From positions 2,946 to 34,945 of the forward strand of contig CAMEIT010000005.1 of assembly GCA_945918795.1 (NCBI GenBank): a stretch of DNA of 32,000 nt. Reading direction: 5' to 3'. The notes under the pieces are model-generated. The model made no database searches, was not told the DNA's origin, and worked only from the letters and a program-made list of their open reading frames with translations. A program made the position numbers and the translations under genes. The number at the start of each line of letters is the position of its first letter. Positions within the stretch are counted from its first letter, which is position 1. This DNA comes from an uncultured Clostridia bacterium. Its GTDB lineage: Bacteria > Bacillota > Clostridia > HGM11327. Of the stretch, positions 17,895-26,335 are shown in pieces.

Positions 17895-19070
17895 TTATTG
17901 ATTACCGGCTGCCTGCTCGTTTTTTATTTCCTGATAACGCTTTGCATAGAGCTGTGAATAATACAAGTGCTGTGCGTAATCAGATGTATACGTGTTTGTT
18001 CCCGTGTCCGGATTAAGCGTAAAATAGAGCATTCCGTCTTTTATATCGTCCTCGTTCGGATAAAGAACTGCCTTTATTGAAGCAAGCCCCGGATTGCAAA
18101 TAGGTCCTATCGGCAAGCCCTTATTAATATAAGTATTATACGGGCTTGCATAGTTTGTATCTGCAATCGTCAGATCAAATACGCTGTCTCTCGTCTCATT
18201 ATTGAGCGCCAACACATAAAATACTGTGGCATCCGACTGTAGAGGCATATCCCTGTTGAGTCTGTTGATAAAGCAAGCCGCACAGCGTGCAAATTCAGCC
18301 GTACTTGCGCCTTCTTTCTCAAGTATGGACGCAAAGGTTATAAGCTCGTCTAATGTATATCCCTGTTCCTCGGCAAGCTCGACAATGTCCTTCGAGAGCT
18401 TCTTTTCAAAGTTATCAAGCATTTTGATCATTATATCCCTCGGTGTTGCATCAATATAAATTGAATACGTATCCGGGAACAAATATCCCTGAAGCGCATA
18501 TCCGTACTGACGTCTTTCCTCCGGCAATTCGGCAAGGAACCAATATTCACCGAAATTTTCCGGAACAGCATAATCAATAAATTCCTGTTCGGTAAAGTTA
18601 AGCTGTTTTGTATTGACAAGATACGATGCTATCCTTGCAAGACTCCAGCCCTCGGGTATGGTTATGTTCACTGTCGGAACAGTGTGCGTGCCTATCAGCA
18701 GCTGATCCATAACCTCCTGCATTGTCATGTTGTGAGAGAAAACGTATTTCCCCGACTGAAGCTTATACGAGTTATTGGATATATCGACAAAAAGCCTGAA
18801 TACGAATGAATTGCTTATAACGTTGTTTTCCTCGAGAAGCTTTGATATGGATCTCACGCCGTATCCGTTGGGTATTTCAAGCGTAAATGTTTCCTCATTG
18901 TCTGGTTCGGGCGGCAGGAAGTAATGGTTAGCAGCATAATTCACTATCTTTGTAATGCCGAAATACATTATCAGGACGGTTGCGGCAACAATTATGAATG
19001 GGCGCAAAAACAGTACCCATAAGTCTTTCAAAACTCTTTCAAAGTTTGTAACGGCTCTATCCAATTTCAT
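17895..19070 (-). CDS. mltG: endolytic murein transglycosylase MltG (YceG-like)
   Basis: N-terminal TM anchor and a YceG domain with ASILEKEG and LQSDATVFY blocks. The track start 19076 is TTG. ATG 19070 lies 9 nt after GGGAGGA. Confidence 0.9.
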   Translation of the reverse strand: MKLDRAVTNFERVLKDLWVLFLRPFIIVAATVLIMYFGITKIVNYAANHYFLPPEPDNEETFTLEIPNGYGVRSISKLLEENNVISNSFVFRLFVDISNNSYKLQSGKYVFSHNMTMQEVMDQLLIGTHTVPTVNITIPEGWSLARIASYLVNTKQLNFTEQEFIDYAVPENFGEYWFLAELPEERRQYGYALQGYLFPDTYSIYIDATPRDIMIKMLDNFEKKLSKDIVELAEEQGYTLDELITFASILEKEGASTAEFARCAACFINRLNRDMPLQSDATVFYVLALNNETRDSVFDLTIADTNYASPYNTYINKGLPIGPICNPGLASIKAVLYPNEDDIKDGMLYFTLNPDTGTNTYTSDYAQHLYYSQLYAKRYQEIKNEQAAGNQ

Positions 19071-19103
19071 AGCCAAAAATCCTCCCGAATATAATTACGG
19101 TAT

Positions 19104-19499
19104 TCATTCTATCTCTACCTTCAGTTCGTTTTCATCTGTATTGAGAGACAGAGCTACCATTTTATCGCCTTTTTTTGCCGAATATGTAATATAATTTCCG
19201 TTTACTCTCTGGGAATCATATGTTGAAAATCCCTTATCGAGCAAAAGTCTTATATAATCGCCCATATTGTCGGCGGTGAAATTTCCTATCGTTATTATTG
19301 AAAACGCTTTTCCGTCAACATCTTCTTTCGTCAAGGCCTGAATAATCTCTCCTGCGCTCGGTTTGGGAACAGATGCTGCCGGACCTTTCTTCGGCCACAG
19401 CTTAGGGTCCTGATTCGTAATATCGCCGCACGCACACAGCATACAGCATATAATAAGAATCACCGTGCTCACAGAAATCAATTTCAACGTTCTTTTCAT
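19104..19499 (-). CDS. small putative lipoprotein, unknown function
   Basis: 131 aa. MKRTLKLISVSTVILIICCMLCACG is a signal peptide with a lipobox-like LCAC. Packed between kdgK and mltG with no terminator on either side. Confidence 0.65.
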   Translation of the reverse strand: MKRTLKLISVSTVILIICCMLCACGDITNQDPKLWPKKGPAASVPKPSAGEIIQALTKEDVDGKAFSIITIGNFTADNMGDYIRLLLDKGFSTYDSQRVNGNYITYSAKKGDKMVALSLNTDENELKVEIE

Positions 19500-19502
19500 G
19501 AT

Positions 19503-20525
19503 TTATCTCTGAACTCTTCCGCTTGCGTCTCCGCCCATAAGAGTTTTAACTTCATCAACGCTTACCTGGTTCATATCGCCGTGAATCGTATGCTTAAGAG
19601 CCGAAGCCGCAACAGCAAACTCAAGTGCATCCTTTGCGCTCATTCCCGTAATTATTCCGTAAATGAGACCGCCGCCGAATGAGTCTCCGCCGCCTACTCT
19701 GTCAACTATTCTGAGTGAATACTTTTTGGAGAACATAAATTCATTGCCGTCATAAAGCATAGCCGACCAATTATTATCCGAAGCGGAAATGCTTTCTCTG
19801 AGCGTTATTGCAACATACTTGAAGCCGAAGCGCTCTGCAAGAGTTTTTGCAACGTACTTGTATCCTTCTCTGTCAAGCTCGCCCTTTGTAATATCGGTTG
19901 ACGGAGCCTTTATTCCGAACACGTCGTCTGCGTCCTCTTCGTTTGCTATGCAAACATCAACATACTGCATAAGCTCGCCCATTACAGCGCCTGCTTTTTC
20001 CTTTGACCAGAGCTTCTTTCTGAAGTTGAGGTCACAGCTTATCATCATGCCTTTTTCTTTTGCCTTTTTGCAGGCTTCCAAAGTCAATTCCGCAACACTG
20101 TCGCTCAATGCCGGAGTAATTCCCGTAAAATGGAACCATTCAGCGCCGTCAAACGCCTTATCCCAATCTATATCGCCAACCTTTGCCGTGGAAATTGCCG
20201 AATGTGCTCTGTCATAGGTAACCTTTGAAGGACGAACAGATGCGCCTTTCTCGCAATAATAAATACCTACTCTTTCTCCGCCTCTTGCAATAAAAGACGT
20301 ATCAACGCCATACTTGCGGCAAGCGTTAAGTGCGGCATCACCGATGCTGTTTTTCGGCAGTCTCGTAACAAATGCAGTATCTATGCCGTAATTTGCAAGA
20401 GAAACCGCAACATTGCTCTCTGCTCCTCCGTATGTCGCTTCAAATTTATCAGTCTGAACAACTCTCAAATATTCCGGCGGTGCAAGTCTGAGCATTATCT
20501 CGCCGAATGTAACTACCTTTGCCAT
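19503..20525 (-). CDS. kdgK: 2-dehydro-3-deoxygluconokinase (PfkB family sugar kinase)
   Basis: PfkB motifs GGAESNVAV and DRVGGGDSFGGGLIYG. Adjacent to eda. The track start 20531 is TTG. ATG 20525 lies 8 nt after GGAG. Confidence 0.85.
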   Translation of the reverse strand: MAKVVTFGEIMLRLAPPEYLRVVQTDKFEATYGGAESNVAVSLANYGIDTAFVTRLPKNSIGDAALNACRKYGVDTSFIARGGERVGIYYCEKGASVRPSKVTYDRAHSAISTAKVGDIDWDKAFDGAEWFHFTGITPALSDSVAELTLEACKKAKEKGMMISCDLNFRKKLWSKEKAGAVMGELMQYVDVCIANEEDADDVFGIKAPSTDITKGELDREGYKYVAKTLAERFGFKYVAITLRESISASDNNWSAMLYDGNEFMFSKKYSLRIVDRVGGGDSFGGGLIYGIITGMSAKDALEFAVAASALKHTIHGDMNQVSVDEVKTLMGGDASGRVQR

Positions 20526-20545
20526 AATCAAATCTCCGTTTCTTT

Positions 20546-20567
20546 TGCGGAAATAATCATTTCCGCA
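20546..20567 (-). other. intercistronic 9-bp hairpin between eda and kdgK
   Basis: TGCGGAAAT (20546..20554), loop AATC, ATTTCCGCA (20559..20567). No U-run on the minus strand, so it may be an mRNA processing or stability element rather than a terminator. Confidence 0.4.
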
Positions 20568-20616
20568 TGCTTATTAGTATTCTTCAGTTAAAATAATATA
20601 TAATTGTTTCCAAAAA

Positions 20617-21273
20617 TTACTTTTTGTTCAGTTCGGCTCTTGCATTCTTGATTTCCGCAATAAATGCCTTTGCCGTGTTTGTTATCTGTTCATAATCGCC
20701 CGTCTTTGCGCCTGCGGTAAGCCTGCTGCCTGCCGCCATTGCAACTACGCCCGCTTTTATCCAATCCTTTGCGTTTTCAACGCTTACGCCGCCCGTAGGC
20801 ATGAGCTTTGCATACGGCAAAGGTCCGAGAATATCCTTAATGATTTTAGGTCCGTAAAGGTCTGCCGGGAACACCTTAAGAAGATCCGCGCCTGCCTCCA
20901 TAGCCATAATTGCTTCGCGCACCGTCATTACGCCCGGAACACACAAAACTCTGTATCTGTTGCACATACGAAGAACGTCCTCGTTGAACGACGGAGAAAT
21001 AACAAACTGCGCACCTGCAAGTATTGCTATTCTTGCCGTTTCCGCATCAAGAACAGTTCCTGCGCCCAAAAGGATCTCGCCGTTTTTGTATTTTGCCGCC
21101 AATGCACGAATAACCTCATCGGCACCCGGTACCGTAAATGTAATTTCTATGCCGGCAACTCCGCCCTCTTTGCACGCTTCGGCAATTTTAATTGCCTGCT
21201 CGCTGTCTTTTGCTCTTACAACCGCAATAAGACCGCCATCGCACATTTTGTTAAATACTTGTTCCTTATCCAT
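20617..21273 (-). CDS. eda: 2-dehydro-3-deoxyphosphogluconate / 4-hydroxy-2-oxoglutarate aldolase
   Basis: KDPG aldolase pattern: GLIAVVR, GIEITF, GAGTVL, LKVFPA (Schiff-base Lys), PTGGV. Confidence 0.88.
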   Translation of the reverse strand: MDKEQVFNKMCDGGLIAVVRAKDSEQAIKIAEACKEGGVAGIEITFTVPGADEVIRALAAKYKNGEILLGAGTVLDAETARIAILAGAQFVISPSFNEDVLRMCNRYRVLCVPGVMTVREAIMAMEAGADLLKVFPADLYGPKIIKDILGPLPYAKLMPTGGVSVENAKDWIKAGVVAMAAGSRLTAGAKTGDYEQITNTAKAFIAEIKNARAELNKK

Positions 21274-21309
21274 TTCTATTACCGCATCTTAAAGATGTTT
21301 TCCTTTCAT

Positions 21310-21358
21310 AACAATATTATTGTTGATTTATTATAACCCTTTACCCTCAAAATGTCAA
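21310..21358 (-). promoter_or_regulatory. sigmaA promoter of eda-kdgK (TTGACA-17-TATAAT) with a perfect 15-bp palindrome over the predicted start site
   Basis: Minus strand: TTGACA (21358..21353), 17-nt spacer, TATAAT (21335..21330), then 5 nt, then AACAATA-A-TATTGTT (21324..21310). Confidence 0.6.
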
Positions 21359-21424
21359 CCGCGCAATATGCACATAATGTAAATTTCAGATAAAAATCGT
21401 CATTTTCTCAATATTCAATGCCGA

Positions 21425-21895
21425 TTAAGGCTTATTTTCCTCTTTTTCATACTTTTCAAGCACATACGAAAACAGTTCCGATATTCTTTTTGTATTTCCG
21501 TTCAAAAACAAATATCCCAAAAGTGCTTCAAGCCCGGTTGCAAGTCTGTAATCCGTAACATCGGCATTCTTCGGCATGGTAGCGCTTTTTGCGTTTCGTC
21601 CTCTGCGAACAATATCCTTTTCCTCATCATCAAGCACGTCATCGAGCATATGCAGTATATTCGCCTGAGCCGATGCCTTTACAACCTTTATCGCACGTGC
21701 ATTGAGCTTTGATACCGTCTCATTCACCGATGTCGCAAAATACGTCCTCACAAACAAGTCCATAACGCTGTCACCTATGTATGCAAGCACAAGCGGCGAC
21801 AATGTCCTCATATCAACGCTGTTGACAGACGGTATTTTCTCTTTCATTTCATCTATCAAAGATTTGTATTCCATATCATTTATTACGTCACTCAA
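21425..21895 (-). CDS. mrnC: mini-ribonuclease III
   Basis: LSPLVLAYIGDSVMDLFVR and RGRNAKS blocks of Mini-III. The start is uncertain: the track uses TTG 21895, and the first ATG is at 21874 (MEYKSL). Confidence 0.85.
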   Translation of the reverse strand: MSDVINDMEYKSLIDEMKEKIPSVNSVDMRTLSPLVLAYIGDSVMDLFVRTYFATSVNETVSKLNARAIKVVKASAQANILHMLDDVLDDEEKDIVRRGRNAKSATMPKNADVTDYRLATGLEALLGYLFLNGNTKRISELFSYVLEKYEKEENKP

Positions 21896-21908
21896 TATAA
21901 TCCATATC

Positions 21909-22631
21909 TCAGTCGCTTACCGAGCACATACAAAGACCGTACACCTTTTCGGCACCTGCCCCGATCAAAGCCTTGGCACATTCATTCAGCGAGCTTCCCG
22001 TTGTGAGAATATCGTCTATGACGAGAATCCTTTTGTTTTCTATTTTGTTCTTATATTCTTCGGATACCTTTATCGCACCCGTAAGGTTTGCCATTCTTTC
22101 CGCAGTATCAAGATATGACTGCGGAGTTGTATTCTTTGTCCTCAAAAGAGCGGGCAAACATTCAATGCCTGTGTTTTCAGCCACATTCCTTGCAAGAAGC
22201 TCTGCTTGATTATAGCCGCGCGCCCTCTCCTTTGCACGGTACATGGGAACAAATGTTATAAAATCGCAATTCCAGCCGAGCGTCTCGTACTTTTTCGACA
22301 TCTCAGCCGCCGCAAAATTCGCCAGCCATTCCTCACCCGAATACTTCAGCTTGTGAACCACAGTTCTTACAGAGCCTTCATACACGTATACGGATGCAGC
22401 CTTTTCAAATGCAAAATCGTTCTTGGCACACATTTTGCACAAAGAATCCTCACTGCCGACTTTTCTGCCGCATTTTGTACACAAAAATCCGTCTGCCTTC
22501 AAAAATGTTTTGATGCACTCATCGCAAATTGCCGCTCCCGAATGCTCCTTATATGTACGTGCGCGCCTTGAACACACAATACAGCCGAAATCATCGGGAT
22601 AAAATATTCTCTTGAGAATTTCAGAAATCAA
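21909..22631 (-). CDS. comFC: ComF family protein (ComFC-like phosphoribosyltransferase-fold protein)
   Basis: N-terminal Cys pairs (CIVCS, CDEC, CTKCG, CKMC) and the PRTase loop ILVIDDILTTGSS. The only plausible start is TTG 22631, which overlaps the recD2 stop by 11 nt. Confidence 0.8.
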   Translation of the reverse strand: MISEILKRIFYPDDFGCIVCSRRARTYKEHSGAAICDECIKTFLKADGFLCTKCGRKVGSEDSLCKMCAKNDFAFEKAASVYVYEGSVRTVVHKLKYSGEEWLANFAAAEMSKKYETLGWNCDFITFVPMYRAKERARGYNQAELLARNVAENTGIECLPALLRTKNTTPQSYLDTAERMANLTGAIKVSEEYKNKIENKRILVIDDILTTGSSLNECAKALIGAGAEKVYGLCMCSVSD

Positions 22632-24936
22632 TTATATCATTCCAATCTATTGCCTCAAATTCGTCTGTCTCAATATCGTTTCTGCCGTCATCGGTATCGG
22701 CAAAATAATCACCCGTGCCGGCACCGATTTCATTTTGCACTTCCTTGAACATATCCGCAAGCCCCGTATAACGTACGCTTCTGTAATCGTTATCTACCAT
22801 AAATTTAAGCACATCTTCTCTGCCTACGAGAATGACAAGCTTTTCTGCTCGCGTTATTCCCGTATACAAAAGGCTCCTGCTGAAAAGCATATTCGAGCCG
22901 CCCGCAAGAGGCATTACTACCACGGGGAACTGATTGCCCTGACTTTTATGCACCGTTGCGGCATAAGCAAGCTCAAGCTCATCGAGCCATGCAAAGCGGT
23001 ACTCTATAACCTTGCCGTCATCCATTTCAACCGTCATGGAGTCATCGTCATTGTCTATCGTTCTGATAACTCCCATATCGCCGTTGAATATGCCCGTTCC
23101 GTTGCTGTCGTCCGTCTCCCATTCGATAGTGTAATTGTTCTTTATCTGCATTACACGGTCGCCCTCGCGGAAAACATTATCCCTGAATTCATATTCGTTT
23201 TTATTGTAATCCGGAGGATTCAGTGCCGCCTGAAGGACCTTATTCAGATTATTCACGCCTGCAACGCCTTTTCTTGTCGGGGAAAGCACCTGAATATCCT
23301 TAATCGGTTCATAGCCGTAATAATCGTTTAGCCGCCTTACGACAGTATCAACAAGCGTATCCACTATCTGCTGAGGCGTATTTCTTTTCATGAGGAAAAA
23401 GTCGCCCTGTCTTGAGCTTATTGTGGGCATTTCGCCTCTGTTTATTTTGTGAGCATTTGTAACAATGGTGCTGTCGTTGTCCTGTCTGTAAATCTCAACA
23501 AGCTTTGTTGACGGTATAGCCTCGCTTTGAAGCATATCGCCCAGAACATTGCCCGGCCCCACCGACGGAAGCTGATCCGCGTCGCCTACAAATATTATTC
23601 TCATGCCGGGTGCGCTTGCTTTCAATGTGTAAAACAAAAGCATGGTATCCACCATTGACATCTCGTCAATTATAAGCACGTCGCAGTCAAGCGGATTTGA
23701 TGAGTTTCTTGAAAATGAATAATTATTTTCCGCGTTATAATCATATTCAAGAAGTCTGTGCAGAGTTTGCGCCGTTCTGCCTGTCGTCTGTGCCATTCTT
23801 TTTGCGGCGCGTCCTGTCGGAGCGGCAAGCTCAACAGAAGAGTTCTCCCTTTCAAATATATCAAGAAGGCACTTTATGATTGTCGTTTTGCCTGTACCGG
23901 GACCACCCGTTATTATTGAAACGGGAGTTTTTGCCGCCATTTTAACTGCATTGTACTGTTCCGGATGAAGCTTTATATTATTATCGCGTTCATATGCGCC
24001 GCAACAAGCATCAATGAGCTTATCGTCACAGCTTTTCGCCGAAAGCGTGCCGTGGAGCATTGAAAGCAGTCTGTCTGCAATAAATTTTTCCGCATAATAA
24101 AACGCCTCGTAATATATGCACTTTCTGCCGTCATTTTCGACTATTGCGATTTTGCCTTTAAGGGCAAGCTCTGTTATTGCATTTTCGGCAATACTGTCCT
24201 GCACACCCGTTATTCGCTTCACCTGCTGTATCAACAGGTCCTTCGGGAGATATGTATGACCCTCTGCTGCAGACTGCTTCAAAACATACTGCACGCTTGC
24301 ATTCACTCTGAGTGGAGACGTCATTTCAACGCCCATGGCGCGCGCCACCTTATCAGCCGTAAGAAAGCCTATTCCGTCTATCTCCTCGGCAAGAACATAC
24401 GGATTTTCCTTTACTATCTTTATCGCCGATTTTCCGAATTTATTGTATATTCTCGAAGCGAACAGCGCCGTTATGCCGTACGTCTGCATAAAAAGCATTA
24501 CCTCGCGCATTCCCTGATTCTGTTGCAAAGACTCGACTATTTTGGCAAGCTTTTTGCGGCCTATTCCCTCTATTTCAAGCAGTCTGTCGGTATCGTAATT
24601 TATTATGTCCATTGTGTCATCGCCGAAATGATCCACAATGCGCTGAGCCATAGCCTTTCCGATTCCGTACACGGCGCTGGACGACAAATAACGAATTATT
24701 CCCTCTCTTGTGGTCGGCAGCATTGTTGTATAAAAATCGGCTTTGAACTGTCTGCCGTACTCATGATGAACGGTCCATTGTCCCGAAAGCTCAAGTCTTT
24801 CGCCGTCCATAGCGAGCGCAAGCGGGCCTACCGCCGTAAATTCGGTTCCGTCTTCTGCCGAAAGCTCAAGCACGGCAAAACCCGTATCTTCATTTTTATA
24901 TACCGTATGCACTACCGTTGCTTGAATAGTATCCAT
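22621..24936 (-). CDS. recD2: ATP-dependent RecD2-like SF1B DNA helicase
   Basis: Walker A GGPGTGKTT, LIIDEMSMVD, FVGDADQLPSVGPG, and C-terminal ATVHKSQGNQF and YTGITRA. N-terminal HhH region IEGIGRKKLAKI. Confidence 0.9.
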   Translation of the reverse strand: MDTIQATVVHTVYKNEDTGFAVLELSAEDGTEFTAVGPLALAMDGERLELSGQWTVHHEYGRQFKADFYTTMLPTTREGIIRYLSSSAVYGIGKAMAQRIVDHFGDDTMDIINYDTDRLLEIEGIGRKKLAKIVESLQQNQGMREVMLFMQTYGITALFASRIYNKFGKSAIKIVKENPYVLAEEIDGIGFLTADKVARAMGVEMTSPLRVNASVQYVLKQSAAEGHTYLPKDLLIQQVKRITGVQDSIAENAITELALKGKIAIVENDGRKCIYYEAFYYAEKFIADRLLSMLHGTLSAKSCDDKLIDACCGAYERDNNIKLHPEQYNAVKMAAKTPVSIITGGPGTGKTTIIKCLLDIFERENSSVELAAPTGRAAKRMAQTTGRTAQTLHRLLEYDYNAENNYSFSRNSSNPLDCDVLIIDEMSMVDTMLLFYTLKASAPGMRIIFVGDADQLPSVGPGNVLGDMLQSEAIPSTKLVEIYRQDNDSTIVTNAHKINRGEMPTISSRQGDFFLMKRNTPQQIVDTLVDTVVRRLNDYYGYEPIKDIQVLSPTRKGVAGVNNLNKVLQAALNPPDYNKNEYEFRDNVFREGDRVMQIKNNYTIEWETDDSNGTGIFNGDMGVIRTIDNDDDSMTVEMDDGKVIEYRFAWLDELELAYAATVHKSQGNQFPVVVMPLAGGSNMLFSRSLLYTGITRAEKLVILVGREDVLKFMVDNDYRSVRYTGLADMFKEVQNEIGAGTGDYFADTDDGRNDIETDEFEAIDWNDIIDF

Positions 24937-24996
24937 TCCAATAACCCTTTACAACACAAAAACCGCAATATTAAAAACCTATAACCAATGCTTTAA

Positions 24997-25413
24997 TCAT
25001 TTAGGCAGCATTTCAATCATCTGCTGCATAAAATAAACGAGCAACATATTGTCGGCACCGAGAACAGCGGCGGCAATAATTGCTTCCACCGCATAATATT
25101 TATCTTTCGTCTGAAGAAACGTAATAAGCGAGCATATCATAAACGGCAACGCAAGGAGCATTACAAACAGGAAAATGCCGAAATATTGAAAGTCCATAAA
25201 CTTAAAGAAAAGCGATACAGGCGTAATGCAATAATAAGTCATTGCCACTATCCTTTTCCAGTGCTTTGCGCTTCTGAAGCCGGGCAGGAATTTCACCGGA
25301 GGAAGAAATTTGAAGTCCTTCGGTTTTATCCATTTTTTATCTGTATTTTTTGTTTCGGGCTGATTCTTTTTTTGCGCTTGGGCAACCTTTTTCTTCATTT
25401 TACTTTTGGACAT
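24997..25413 (-). CDS. small membrane protein, unknown function
   Basis: 138 aa with a Lys-rich N-terminus (MSKSKMKKKVAQAQKKNQPETKNTDKK) followed by about three hydrophobic segments. SD GAGGTGG present. No family recognised. Confidence 0.6.
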   Translation of the reverse strand: MSKSKMKKKVAQAQKKNQPETKNTDKKWIKPKDFKFLPPVKFLPGFRSAKHWKRIVAMTYYCITPVSLFFKFMDFQYFGIFLFVMLLALPFMICSLITFLQTKDKYYAVEAIIAAAVLGADNMLLVYFMQQMIEMLPK

Positions 25414-25505
25414 AATAAAACCACCTCATAATCCGTATAAACGGTTTTTGAGTCCTTTCTTTTGCGTTTTGATACCTCATCAAAATTTATCGGTATAAAT
25501 GCTGT

Positions 25506-26312
25506 TTACTTTTTGCCGAGTTCCTTTGCCTTGTTATATGCGGCAAGAACGGCATCCATAGCGTTTGCCCTGAAGCCGCCTCTTTCAAGTGCGTGAACTC
25601 CCGCAATCGTAGTGCCTCCCGGACTGCATACAGCATCCTTAAGCTCGCCCGGATGCTTTCCGCTTTCAAGCACGAGGCTTGCGGAGCCGAGCACCGTCTG
25701 AGCCGCATAAAGCAATGCGTTTTTTCGCGGCAATCCGCATTCAACGGCACCGTCAGCCAAAGCTTCGATAAACATATACACAAATGCAGGTCCCGAGCCG
25801 GAAAGTGCGCACGCCGCATCAATCATTTTTTCATCAAGCTTGTCCATAATGCCTGCATGAGACATATCCCTTACAAACTCTTCCGTTTGCTCACTTGTTG
25901 TTTTTGCATTTGCCGTATACAGTATCATTCCCTTGCCAACCGATACAGGCGTATTCGGCATGATCCTTATTGTAGGATACTCCGCACCGCACATATCGGA
26001 TATAGTTTTGATGCTGAGGCCTGCCGCCATAGTTACAATTACAAAGTTATCTTTTCTTTTGGCAAGTGTATCTTTTATCTCTTCGAGCATACCGCTCATC
26101 ATCTGCGGCTTTACGCCGAGGAAAATGTATTCGCATTCCGATGCGATCTTTATATTGTCGGCAACAACCACACCGCATTCCAATGCAAGTGCCGATGTTT
26201 TTTCGTTATCGTGGTCTGAAACCAAAATTTTGCCGCCGTCAACATTTTCGGCAACAGCTCTTACAAGTGCGCCGCCCATATTGCCGCAGCCTATAAATCC
26301 GTATTTATACAT
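25506..26312 (-). CDS. proC: pyrroline-5-carboxylate reductase
   Basis: GFIGCGNMGGAL Rossmann N-terminus and the C-terminal SPGGTTIAG motif. SD GGAAAGGA present. Confidence 0.93.
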   Translation of the reverse strand: MYKYGFIGCGNMGGALVRAVAENVDGGKILVSDHDNEKTSALALECGVVVADNIKIASECEYIFLGVKPQMMSGMLEEIKDTLAKRKDNFVIVTMAAGLSIKTISDMCGAEYPTIRIMPNTPVSVGKGMILYTANAKTTSEQTEEFVRDMSHAGIMDKLDEKMIDAACALSGSGPAFVYMFIEALADGAVECGLPRKNALLYAAQTVLGSASLVLESGKHPGELKDAVCSPGGTTIAGVHALERGGFRANAMDAVLAAYNKAKELGKK

Positions 26313-26335
26313 AATAAATCCTTTCCGCCGTTTTT

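Noticed and set aside
22612-23331. 239-aa + strand ORF antisense to recD2
   Set aside because: It lies entirely inside the well-supported recD2 CDS on the opposite strand. It has no SD, and its composition is rich in Ile, Arg, His, Phe and Cys, as expected for a shadow frame of a minus-strand gene.
24256-24984. 242-aa + strand ORF antisense to the recD2 5' half
   Set aside because: Same reasoning: it is an antisense shadow ORF with no motifs and no translation signals.
25593-26219. 208-aa + strand ORF antisense to proC, plus the same-strand alternate-frame ORF at 25487..25822
   Set aside because: Both are fully nested in proC. Their sequences are Arg/Cys/His-rich and low in information, which is typical of an off-frame translation.
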